Below are positions 37,548 through 46,120 of a stretch of 64,000 nucleotides of DNA, one piece after another. The notes beneath the pieces were generated by a model. That model saw nothing but the letters and a program-made list of their open reading frames with translations. It ran no database searches and had not been told where the DNA came from. The stretch comes from Gemmatimonadales bacterium (GTDB lineage: Bacteria; Gemmatimonadota; Gemmatimonadetes; Gemmatimonadales; GWC2-71-9), in the NCBI GenBank assembly GCA_965250155.1, contig OZ252291.1:2738593-2802592 (forward strand), read 5' to 3'. Made by a program: the position numbers and the translations under genes. Positions within the stretch are counted from its first letter, which is position 1. Every line of letters starts with the position of its first letter.

Positions 37548-37748
37548 ATGGCGGAAGTGATTATCGGAGAGGGCGACCGTTTGGAATGGGCCCTCAAGGC
37601 GTTCAAGCGGAAGGTAATGCGCTCGGGGATCTTGAAAGATTTGCGCAAGAAGCGCTTTTACGTCAAGCCGAGCACCGCGAAACGATTGAAGGCGGCTGCG
37701 GCACGCCGGAGGCTTCGGACAGATCTGCGCCGCCAAAAAAGAAAGTAG
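37548..37748 (+). CDS. rpsU: 30S ribosomal protein S21
   Basis: 66 aa. ...LEWALKAFKRKVMRSGILKDLRKKRFYVKPS... Confidence 0.93.
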   Translation: MAEVIIGEGDRLEWALKAFKRKVMRSGILKDLRKKRFYVKPSTAKRLKAAAARRRLRTDLRRQKRK

Positions 37749-37763
37749 CAACAGCCTTTCTTT

Positions 37764-38999
37764 CTAGCCCACCCTCGTTGCGGCTGCAAGCACCTCGGCA
37801 ATAGGCTCCAGCGCCCATTTCAGATCGGCCTCCTCGACAACCAACGGCGGCGCAAACCGGACCACCTGTTCGTGGGTTTCCTTGGCGAGGATTCCCTTCT
37901 TCATGAGCGCCTCACAGAACGGTCGCGCAGTCCCGCTCTCTTCCTTGATCACCACACCGACCATGAGCCCCCGGCCGCGAACTTCGGCAACGTTGGGAGA
38001 ATCCAGGTCGCGAAGCTCCTTCATGAACCAGTCACCGAGGGCGAGGGCGCGCTCCGGGAGCTTTTCATCGACGAGAACCCGTAGAGCGGCGCGGGCGACA
38101 GCGGCCCCAAGAGGGTTGCCGCCAAATGTAGATCCGTGATCGCCCGGGCCGAACACACTCATCACGTCGCCGTCCGCCAACATCGCCGAAACCGGATACA
38201 TGCCGCCGCTCAGGGCCTTGCCCACGACCATCACATCCGGCTTCACGTCGTCCCACTCTGAGCAGAACATCTTGCCGGTGCGGCCGAGGCCAGTTTGGAT
38301 CTCATCGGCCACGAGGAGCACGTTGTTGCTCTTGCAAATATCTGCAGCCTGCGCCAGGTACCCGTCCGGCGGAACGATCACGCCTCCCTCGCCCTGCAGC
38401 GGCTCCACCATGAAGGCGGCTGTGTTGGATGTGATGGCGGCTTCGAGAGCCTTCACGTCACCGTAGGGAATCACCTCGAACCCGGGGGTGAACGGACCGA
38501 AGTCGGCGTTGTAGGAGTGCTCCGTCGAGAACGAAACGATGGTCGTGGTTCGACCGTGGAAATTGTTCTCGCACACGATGATCTCTGCCTGGTCCGAAGG
38601 AATTCCCTTGACGCGATAGCCCCAGCGCCGCACCGCTTTGATCGCCGTCTCCACGGCTTCGGCCCCGGAGTTCATGGGCAGGGCTTTTTCGTAGCCCGTC
38701 AGGTCACACAGTTCGTGGAGGAAAGGACCCATCTGGTCGTTGTGGAACGCGCGCGACGTGAGGGTCAGCCGATCGATCTGGTCCTTGGCGGCTTTAACCA
38801 GCGCCGGGTGGCAGTGACCCTGATTGAGGGCCGAGTAGGCGGCCAGACAATCCAGGTACTTGTTTCCATCCACGTCCCACACCCAGGCTCCCTCGCCCCG
38901 TTCCAGCACGAGTGGAAGGGGGTGGTAGTTGTGGGCGCTGTAGCGATCGACTTCTGCGAGATAGTCTGTCGTGTTCATCACGGGATTCCTTCGAGGCAA
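37764..38999 (-). CDS. rocD: Ornithine--oxo-acid aminotransferase
   Basis: 411 aa class III aminotransferase with OAT-type motifs (YHPLPLVLERGEGAWVWD, DEIQTGLGRTGK, and the PLP-Lys context VVGKALSGG). The start may be M8 (38978). Confidence 0.88.
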   Translation of the reverse strand: MPRRNPVMNTTDYLAEVDRYSAHNYHPLPLVLERGEGAWVWDVDGNKYLDCLAAYSALNQGHCHPALVKAAKDQIDRLTLTSRAFHNDQMGPFLHELCDLTGYEKALPMNSGAEAVETAIKAVRRWGYRVKGIPSDQAEIIVCENNFHGRTTTIVSFSTEHSYNADFGPFTPGFEVIPYGDVKALEAAITSNTAAFMVEPLQGEGGVIVPPDGYLAQAADICKSNNVLLVADEIQTGLGRTGKMFCSEWDDVKPDVMVVGKALSGGMYPVSAMLADGDVMSVFGPGDHGSTFGGNPLGAAVARAALRVLVDEKLPERALALGDWFMKELRDLDSPNVAEVRGRGLMVGVVIKEESGTARPFCEALMKKGILAKETHEQVVRFAPPLVVEEADLKWALEPIAEVLAAATRVG

Positions 39000-39112
39000 T
39001 ACCGAAGCTTCGGGCCTCGAATTGTCATTGGTTTGGATCAGGAACCTAAATTAATCACGCCCAGAATCGAGACTCCAGATCGCTGCGCATGAATATACAT
39101 ACAGATATATAG

Positions 39113-39510
39113 TTATGCAATTGCGATAGGGATCCAAGAGTCCCAAGAAACCAAGACACCACTGGTAGCGGTGGTCATTCGGACCGAGAGCACAATCTCC
39201 TCCACATGTGGCGAGAGTACCTCGTACAACCAACTCGCCAGCGTGCCTTCCTCCAGGCACAGATGCCGAGGTCCCGGAATGCTGCGGAGCACCTCGATGA
39301 GCGCCTGCGCGTTCGTCTCCACGACGTGCGACCCCAGTCGCTTCCCACCCGGCCCGGTCACCCCGAGCGTGCAGCTTGACGCATGCGCGTCCAGTCCGAT
39401 ATATCTGTCCATTGGCGTTCTCCTCTCTGGAAGTGGAAATTCTGTACCAGGCAAGACAGAGTGTGTACGCTTCCAGCAGAGAACGCCAACCTCGCTTCAG
39501 GCTGACCAGA
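39113..39510 (-). mobile_element. Truncated IS110-family element, copy A (5' UTR plus first ~97 codons of the DEDD transposase)
   Basis: ORF MDRYIGLDAHASSCTLGVTGPGGKRLGSHVVETNAQALIEVLRSIPGPRHLCLEEGTLASWLYEVLSPHVEEIV then loses similarity. 39192-39510 is collinear with 40865-41183 (4 mismatches in the first ~240 bp). Confidence 0.8.
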
Positions 39511-39676
39511 TTCTCAAGACGGTCGACTTGGCCCGATACCGACCGAAGCTCGTGAATTACGAGCGGGTCTTGTTGGGAGAGGCGGAGGCAGCTTGCCGCA
39601 CCATGCAATGGGGCGCCGGATACGCGCTGTACGATCACGGCCAGGACACGATCTGTCGCCTGCGGAGCTTTCGCCT

Positions 39677-40436
39677 ATGAGGCGTCTGCGAGATCTCTTC
39701 ACGTTGGCGAGCCGGTTGCGTTACCTAGGGTGGCGGGCCGCGCGCAGCTCGCGGGAGTTCCGAGCCTCCCTGCAGACCGGCGAGCGGCTCATCTTTCGAC
39801 CGGCCCCGGCCACGGACCTGGGGGTGGCGTACGAGGTCTTCGTATCGGAGGCGTATCGTCCCCCACGGCCTCTGCGTAGGGAGGTGCACACGATCGTCGA
39901 CGTGGGAGCGAATGTGGGATACGCGACCGTCTACCTGGCCTCCCGGTACCCCGCGGCTCGCATCATTGCGTTCGAGCCACACCCTCGCCACGTGGGCCAG
40001 CTGGCCAAGCAATTGCGTGCGAATGACCTCGACCGCCGCGTGCGGAATCGTCGAGGCGGCGGCGGGAACGGCCGATGGGCGGGTGTACCTGACCGATGAG
40101 GCTAACCAGTCCGCGGTCGTCAGCGAGCCCGCGTCCGACACGATCGAAGTCCCGCTGGTCGATTTCTACGGCGTCGTCGGCTACCAGCCCATCGATTTCT
40201 TGAAGATCGATTGCGAGGGCGGCGAATACGCGTTGTTGGCCGATTCGCGCTTCGAGGAGCTCGAGGTTGGTATGCTCGTGGTCGAGTGGCATGCCGACCG
40301 GGTCCGGCCGGATGGCGATCGGCAAGTTTGCGACCGGCTCACGGAGGTTGGATACCGCATCGAACGGGGGCTGGAGACGGAGGTCCCCGGGTTGCGGTTC
40401 GGACTCGTGTGGGCGGACGGGCGCGGAGGCCGTTAA
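39677..40436 (+). pseudogene. FkbM-family SAM methyltransferase #2, split by a +1-nt frameshift near 40043-40047
   Basis: The N-part (frame of 39593) carries VDVGANVGYATVYLASRYPAARIIAFEPHPRHVGQLAKQLRANDLDRRV. The C-part (frame of 39912) continues IVEAAAGTADGRVYL...FLKIDCEGGEYALL. The join is GTGCGGAATCGTCGAG. Confidence 0.8.
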
Positions 40437-40482
40437 GTCGACAGAGTCGGCGCCGACATGGTGGACCGAGGGCGTCCGCCTC

Positions 40483-41183
40483 TTACCTCACGTTGAGTAC
40501 GTCTACTTCGATCCACGGCCTCTGAGCTTGCCCAGGAACCGCTGCACCGGGTCGTACGCCGCGTCCACTACGCGCCGCCTCCGGCAGACGAGTAATCCAC
40601 TCCGAGCGACCGGTGGCGCAGTACACCGCGGTCCCTGACACCTGCACTCCTCGTGACCGCATGAGGCTCTTGATCCGGCTCATCACCCGAGCCGCATCGC
40701 CCACCAACAGCCAGTGCGCCTTCGCTCGATATCCCAGCGCTGCGAACTGGCCACGCTCCTTGTACACCTTCCTCTTGATCGCTCCGATGCGCAACCGCTC
40801 CGCAACACCAAACTCATCCAGCTTGTCGCTCTTCGGACCACAGCTCTCGCTCACCGCCGTCACTACAATCTCCTCCACATGCGGCGAGAGTACCTCGTAT
40901 AACCAACTCGCCAGCGTGCCTTCCTCCAGGCACAGATGCCGAGGTCCCGGAATGCTGCGGAGCACCTCGATGAGCGCCTGCGCGTTCGTCTCCACCACGT
41001 GCGACCCCAGTCGCTTCCCACCCGGCCCGGTCACCCCGAGCGTGCAGCTTGACGCGTGCGCGTCCAGTCCGATATATCTGTCCATTGGCGTTCTCCTCTC
41101 TGGAAGTAGAAGCTCTGTGACACGCAAACCACAGTGTGCCCTGTCCCACCGGAGAACGCCAACCTCTCTTCAGACTGACCAGA
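40483..41183 (-). mobile_element. Truncated IS110-family element, copy B (5' UTR plus ~200 codons; lacks the C-terminal Transposase_20/HhH domain)
   Basis: Same N-terminus as copy A, continuing VTAVSESCGPKSDKLDEFGVAERLRIGAIKRKVY... The ORF ends at 214 aa, whereas IS110 transposases are typically >320 aa. Confidence 0.8.
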
Positions 41184-41271
41184 ACCCTGACCGGGCTGTC
41201 GTCGATCGCGGACGCCATGCCCCTATGATGCCTATCCTTTTAAATTCCTATCCTTTGACGCGTAGGCTGAT

Positions 41272-42438
41272 TTGTTGGGTGCCTCAGGTGTCAGGTTCCA
41301 AGATGTGAACGCACCACTCAATGTGCTCTACGTCGTCACGCACGGCGAAATCGGCGGGGTGGAGCGGTTTTTGGATTCGGTCATGTTTCACCACGACCCC
41401 ACTCGGGTTCGCGCCGTCGTGCTCTCTTTCGCCGACGGCCCCTGGCTCGGTGAACTTCGGAACCGGGGCCTAGCGGTCCATTGCATCCCGCAGGCTCGTG
41501 TTCGCCGGCTGCCTGGCGTCACGAAGGCCATCGGCCGCATCCTGAATCAGGAAGAGATCGACATCGTCCACTCGGCTTACGGCTGGTGCCACATGCTCGC
41601 GTCACCAGCCGCAATTCGAAAGGGGTGCCGGCGCATCTGGTTCCACCACGGGCCGATAAGCGACCGCCGCTGGCAAGGCATTTATCCGCTGATCCCCGCG
41701 GATTCGATCTTGGTCAACAGCGAGTTCCTCCGCAGTGGGTTCTCGCGCACATGGTACGTGGCCAAATCGGTGGACGTTGTCTATTACGGCATCGACCCCG
41801 ATGCTCATCAGCCGGATCGAGCGGCCCGGTTACGGTTCCGGAATCAATGGTCCCTGACCGACAAGGATGTTGCAGTCGGGATCGTCGGATTCATCGACAC
41901 GTGGAAAGGACAAGACGTTTTCATTGAAGCCGCCCGTTTGCTCCGCGAGGGGGCCGTGTCCGTCCGCATGTTCGTCGTCGGCGGTCCGCGACCTGGACCC
42001 ACAGCGCCGCAGTGTCGCGCGCACGCCGACCGGCTCCGACAGATGGTCCGTGATCTGCACGTTGACGAGATCGTTGTGTTCACGGGACACCTGAACATTC
42101 GGGACGGCGCGCTCGACGGATTGGACGTCGTCGTTCACGCGAGCACGATCCCGGAGCCGTTCGGTATGGTGATCCTCGAGAGCATGGCGCGGGAGAAGCC
42201 GATCATCGCCAGCGCGGAAGGCGGCCCATTGGAGATTCTCGAGTCCGGCGCCGACGGCGTGCTGATCGAACCCCGGAAACCGGAGCTATTGGCCCAGGCG
42301 ATCGCCGACTTGGTGGCCGACGGCGGTAAGCGAGCACGTCTGAGCTCGGCGGCGCGTCGCAGCGTGACCCAGAGGTTTCACCCGAGACCTTCTGCCGAGC
42401 GGCTGGAGGAGCTATATGAACGGATACTAAAGCAGTGA
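41272..42438 (+). CDS. Glycosyltransferase family 4 (GT-B)
   Basis: 388 aa. C-terminal EX7E region (STIPEPFGMVILESMAREKPIIASAEGGPLEIL). The start may be GTG 41305 (VNAPLNVLYVV). Confidence 0.85.
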   Translation: MLGASGVRFQDVNAPLNVLYVVTHGEIGGVERFLDSVMFHHDPTRVRAVVLSFADGPWLGELRNRGLAVHCIPQARVRRLPGVTKAIGRILNQEEIDIVHSAYGWCHMLASPAAIRKGCRRIWFHHGPISDRRWQGIYPLIPADSILVNSEFLRSGFSRTWYVAKSVDVVYYGIDPDAHQPDRAARLRFRNQWSLTDKDVAVGIVGFIDTWKGQDVFIEAARLLREGAVSVRMFVVGGPRPGPTAPQCRAHADRLRQMVRDLHVDEIVVFTGHLNIRDGALDGLDVVVHASTIPEPFGMVILESMAREKPIIASAEGGPLEILESGADGVLIEPRKPELLAQAIADLVADGGKRARLSSAARRSVTQRFHPRPSAERLEELYERILKQ

Positions 42439-42567
42439 GAAGTGAACACGGTCGTGAGTCTGTTCAAACGAGGACACCACTATCATCTCGACATTCGCTG
42501 GATAAGGATACACGACCCGACAGAAAAGTCCGGACACCAAACTGAGGGAGTAGTCCTCTTGAATAGC

Positions 42568-42600
42568 AAAGCGAGCCAACCTAACTGGTTGACTCGCTTT
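42568..42600. terminator. 14-bp stem hairpin (terminator-like) next to the tRNA-like fragment
   Basis: AAAGCGAGCCAACC-taact-GGTTGACTCGCTTT (one mismatch). Same architecture as the hairpin after tRNA-Val. Confidence 0.45.
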
Positions 42601-42603
42601 AAG

Positions 42604-42665
42604 TTGCCCCGCCAGAGCTCGAACCTGGACTCTTCTGATCCAGAGATAGGCGGGTTGCAGGATGT
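42604..42665 (-). other. Decayed tRNA-like fragment (T-arm plus 3' acceptor strand, long variable-arm-like segment)
   Basis: Minus strand reads ...CTCTGGATCAGAAGAGT-CCAGG-TTCGAGC-TCTGG-CGGGGCA-A. The T-stem and GTTCGAGC loop are canonical, but no matching 5' acceptor strand or regular anticodon arm exists. Confidence 0.35.
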
Positions 42666-42685
42666 CCCGCTACCCGTCCAACCGT

Positions 42686-42965
42686 TGCACTCCGTGAGTG
42701 AGTCGCTCGACACCTCGATCCCCCACGGCCGCTCTGTGCTCACCTTATTCGCCTCGCGCAAATGAGCGCGAGCTGATTGCGGAACGGACGCGGAGCGCCC
42801 TGGCGCACAAGCGCGAAAACGGCCAGCCGACGTCACATCCACCGCTCGGCTTCACGACCAACGGCAGCCGCCACCGCGTGGTCCATGTCCCCAAGGGGCT
42901 TGAGGCGGTCCGCCAGATCCTCGACCTCTGGCGTCGCGGGCTGGGTGCATACGCCCTCACGGGCC
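42686..42965 (+). pseudogene. Serine recombinase (resolvase/invertase family) remnant, N-terminally truncated and frameshifted
   Basis: SLDTSIPHGRSVLTLFA (frame of 42442) then ERELIAERTRSALAHKRENGQ...LGFT...VRQILDLWRRGLG (frame of 42698). This matches the resolvase DTS.P.G...FAEFERELI.ERT region. The catalytic Ser region is absent. Confidence 0.7.
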
Positions 42966-43194
42966 GTGTCCGGCTTGCACGTGCTCGTCCCGTCACTGCC
43001 CCTCATCTGAGAAGCCAAGAACTACTCCGAGCGCGTCGAGACCCTCACGCACGCTCAGGTCATCATCCAGCCGGTGGATACTCACGGTGCGAGACAAGAC
43101 TTGAGGAACGGCAAGCCGTCAAGGCGGGAGATGACCAAGCCGCCCTCTATTGTTACCGTCACCGTGACCGCACTCCGGTCATCCCGGTGACCAC

Positions 43195-43230
43195 AAAGCC
43201 CCACAGCGCCATAACACACTGTGGGGCTTT
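43195..43230. terminator. Perfect 12-bp stem hairpin downstream of tRNA-Val
   Basis: AAAGCCCCACAG-12 nt-CTGTGGGGCTTT, 12 nt after the tRNA-Val 3' end on the minus strand. Confidence 0.6.
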
Positions 43231-43242
43231 CACTTCGTTCAG

Positions 43243-43316
43243 TGGGCGGTACGGGATTCGAACCTGTGACCTCCGGTATGTGAAACCGGCGCTCTAACCA
43301 ACTGAGCTAACCGCCC
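43243..43316 (-). tRNA. tRNA-Val (anticodon CAC)
   Basis: Minus strand GGGCGGTTAGCTCAGTTGGTTAGAGCGCCGGTTTCACATACCGGAGGTCACAGGTTCGAATCCCGTACCGCCCA folds as a cloverleaf. There is one A-C mismatch in the T-stem. CCA is not encoded. Confidence 0.85.
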
Positions 43317-43462
43317 GATATTGGGGAAGAAAGCTTAACTGCCTTAGTATATCAGACAATGGCCTGCAGGACTTGACGGGAAAGCTGCTGAAGGCTTTCG
43401 CGAACGCGCAAGCCTGAGCCAGCGGCACGGCTACCCACCGTAAGTCGTTGCGGGAAAAGGAA

Positions 43463-43536
43463 TGGGCCCTGCAGGACTTGAACCTGCGACCAACGGATTA
43501 TGAGTCCGCCGCTCTGACCAACTGAGCTAAGGGCCC
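43463..43536 (-). tRNA. tRNA with CAT anticodon; strongly resembles tRNA-Ile2 (lysidine) rather than elongator Met
   Basis: Minus strand GGGCCCTTAGCTCAGTTGGTCAGAGCGGCGGACTCATAATCCGTTGGTCGCAGGTTCAAGTCCTGCAGGGCCCA is a perfect cloverleaf. It is near-collinear with E. coli ileX as I recall it. Confidence 0.85.
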
Positions 43537-44067
43537 GAGTGTTCCAACTGCTACTGCGTAGGGAAGTTAGCATCTCACCGCCTCACGTCTACCGGATCCG
43601 CCTCTGTGCCCGGTGACGTCTCGGTGCCACGATAGGCGACCGCCTCGAGTGCCGTGCGATAGAACAGCATCCGTCCCTCCATTGCCGCTGGGCTCTCGAT
43701 GATGCGGGGACAACCGACCTTCTTGATGGCTCGAGCCTCTCGGCCTCGGTGCTTCTCGCCGTCTTTACGCTTTGGACTGGCGATCACCTTTCTAGAGAGA
43801 TCAGACACGAGGTCCGCATGGTGCCGTGTTGCGGTGAGCACGGCAGCATCGGCTGACCGATCGACGTCGAGCAGCCCCGCACGCTAGCGCCGGCCTCATC
43901 CACCCCAAAAACGATGGCGGCGAGCAAGAGGCGTCTGATTCATACCGCACCCCCGCTGGGTGACGTCTCGGTGACATCAGCGGGTTTACTGGGGGAACGC
44001 GGGGGTACTAAGGGAGTAGCTTTCCCAGGGAAAGCGACGGTAGGAACCCACCGTGAGGGGTCCGAAT

Positions 44068-44109
44068 GGATTATGAGTCCGCCGCTCTGACCAACTGAGC
44101 TAAGGGCCC
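44068..44109 (-). repeat. Duplicate of the 5' 42 nt (acceptor to anticodon loop) of the CAT tRNA
   Basis: 44068-44110 is identical to 43495-43537 (ggattatgagtccgccgctctgaccaactgagctaagggcccg). No 3' half follows. Confidence 0.85.
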
Positions 44110-44114
44110 GTGAA

Positions 44115-44981
44115 GTGAGCAATATGAATGGGGAGGCGGCCATTTCACAATTCAACCGGGCGATCTTCGCCGTCGTTATCACGTTCGGCATCGCGCCGTC
44201 GGCCACCGCACAACAATGTCACCCCGTGCGGGGCGGGCGGGTCGCCGCCATTGTCGGCTCTTTTGCCGCGTCGCAGACCGCCGTCATCGCCCTTCGTCAT
44301 AACGATTGGTGGACCACGCCGCGGACTTCATTTCACGTCGTCTGGTCGGATGTGAGCCCCTCCAAAGGCCAAGATCGCCTCCTGCACGCAGCCATCGCGT
44401 ACCACGCTTCTCGATTGGCAACCGAGGCTTGGGATTGGGCGTGCCTCTCCCCGACCATGGCTGCGTGGTTGGGTGCAGCCACCGGTGTGGCGCTGGCACT
44501 GCCCAAGGAGATTGGAGACGGTCTGCACGAGGACAAGGGGTTCTCGGCGCCGGACATGCTCTGGGCCACGGCCGGAGCCCTCCTGACCGCACTTCATCGC
44601 ACCGTGCGGGCCAGCCGGGCCCTGACGTTGAAGCTGTTCTATTGGCCCTCCCGAGAATTGCGCGACAGCGGCGGCGACCTGCCGCAACTGGAGAACGATT
44701 ACGCCGGCCAGAGGTATTTCTTGGCTTTTGCCCCGGGGCTGCTTCCAGGCGGCTCCGGCGGTTGGCCCCGCTGGCTAGGTGTCGCCTTCGGGCACAGCGT
44801 CCCCCAGTGGATAAGCGCGGCGCCTACTCATGAGTGGTACGTGACCCTGGACCTGACCTATCGGAAGCTGCCGATCCAGGCCGCGTGGTGGAGCGACGTG
44901 GCAAGCGTGTTGGATCAGATTCACTTCCCGCTGCCCGGAATCCGGGTTACGTCCGGAAAGATTTCGCTGGGATTCTACTGA
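44115..44981 (+). CDS. Secreted/lipoprotein-like hypothetical protein (possibly DUF2279-like)
   Basis: 288 aa. N-terminal signal-like segment (AIFAVVITFGIAPSATAQQ), and the segment PKEIGDGLHEDKGFSAPDMLWATAGALL is reminiscent of DUF2279. Weak assignment. The start may be ATG 44124. Confidence 0.45.
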   Translation: MSNMNGEAAISQFNRAIFAVVITFGIAPSATAQQCHPVRGGRVAAIVGSFAASQTAVIALRHNDWWTTPRTSFHVVWSDVSPSKGQDRLLHAAIAYHASRLATEAWDWACLSPTMAAWLGAATGVALALPKEIGDGLHEDKGFSAPDMLWATAGALLTALHRTVRASRALTLKLFYWPSRELRDSGGDLPQLENDYAGQRYFLAFAPGLLPGGSGGWPRWLGVAFGHSVPQWISAAPTHEWYVTLDLTYRKLPIQAAWWSDVASVLDQIHFPLPGIRVTSGKISLGFY

Positions 44982-44983
44982 TG

Positions 44984-46120
44984 TTACTGCTTGTCGGCGA
45001 TCTCCTCGCACAGCGCCAAGTGTGCGGAAATCATTGCCTCCAGTGAAAAGCGCTCCTCGACCCGGGCCCGACCAGCGGCCCCCAACCTGCTTCGCAGCCC
45101 TTCATCGCCCGACAGCTCGAGCATCGCGGCCCGGAGCGCCCCGGAATCGTTTGGAGGAACCTCCAACCCCGTAACACCGGCCAGGTTCACCTCGCGCACC
45201 CCCGTGGGCAGTGACGTGGATATGACCGGCTTTCCGCAAGCCATCGCTTCGGCCATGGCAACGCCGAACATCTCCGCCGGCGTGTTGCTCGGCAAAACAA
45301 AATAGTCGGCGGCCCGGTGATAGCGCGGGAGGTCGGCGTCGGGAACGCTCCCTACCACAGCTATCCGCCCAGCCAGATCCCGGGCAGCGATCTCCGCTTC
45401 GAGGGACCCACGCACCGGGCCGTCACCGACGATGACCATCGACAATTGCGTCCCGGCGATCGCACGCACCAACACGTCCAGCCCCTTGTACGCCACCAGC
45501 CGACCCACGAAGAACCCAACCGGTCCCCGCCCGGTCGAGAAGGAATCGAAAACGTCGGGGCGCGGTCCGGTCAGGTTGGGAGTGAAGCGCATGGTGTCGA
45601 CGCCGTAGGGAATCACCCGGACGCTCGATGGGTCAACCGGCCCCAGGTCGTCGGCTTGATCCAGATGTGAGGCCGTCGCCACTAGTACGGCACGGGCTTT
45701 GGCCGCCACCCTGCGGGAGAGCGGTTGATAAAAAACCCTTGCCCTCCGCTGCCGCTGAACGTCCGAATGATGAAAGACCACCGCCCTGCCCCCGCCAAAG
45801 ACGGCCGCAGCCAGATCCGCCATGGGGTGCGGCCGATGGACGTATACCACATCACTCTTCCAGCGTGCCGCAAGCAGATAACCTGGAGCAACGGGCTGGG
45901 ACCACAGGATACGCCATGTCGCAGCCCGGACCACCGTCACGCCGCGACGCACCGCCTGAACGGGCTCGCGGGTGGCCCGGCCTTTCCACCGAGCCCCTTG
46001 GGCGCACACCACGCGGACTTCGTGGCCTGCGGCCGCGGCCCCTTCGGCGAGGGTGGCGACGACGTGCTCCAAACCTCCGGGATCCGGTGGGTAGAACTTG
46101 CTGAGGTGAAGGATCCTCAA
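44984..46120 (-). CDS. Glycosyltransferase family 4 (GT-B)
   Basis: LRILHLSKFYPPDPGGLEHVV N-terminus and EMFGVAMAEAMACGKPVISTSLPTGVREV C-terminal motif. Start assigned to TTG 46120 (TTGA overlap with the upstream stop). The ORF-track extension overlaps the wecA-like gene. Confidence 0.85.
   Translation of the reverse strand: MRILHLSKFYPPDPGGLEHVVATLAEGAAAAGHEVRVVCAQGARWKGRATREPVQAVRRGVTVVRAATWRILWSQPVAPGYLLAARWKSDVVYVHRPHPMADLAAAVFGGGRAVVFHHSDVQRQRRARVFYQPLSRRVAAKARAVLVATASHLDQADDLGPVDPSSVRVIPYGVDTMRFTPNLTGPRPDVFDSFSTGRGPVGFFVGRLVAYKGLDVLVRAIAGTQLSMVIVGDGPVRGSLEAEIAARDLAGRIAVVGSVPDADLPRYHRAADYFVLPSNTPAEMFGVAMAEAMACGKPVISTSLPTGVREVNLAGVTGLEVPPNDSGALRAAMLELSGDEGLRSRLGAAGRARVEERFSLEAMISAHLALCEEIADKQ

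Noticed and set aside
42604-42665. tRNA-like fragment as a functional tRNA (Leu/Ser/Sec) or tmRNA piece
   Set aside because: There is no complementary 5' acceptor strand, the putative anticodon arm has an 11-nt loop, and no CCA or tag-ORF context is present. It is kept only as a probable relic.
43612-43973. 15-nt direct repeat GGTGACGTCTCGGTG (43612-43626 and 43959-43973) as a possible att core flanking the tRNA region
   Set aside because: A single 15-mer match is within chance expectation for a 64-kb GC-rich window searched against itself. Its positions are not symmetric relative to the tRNA copies.
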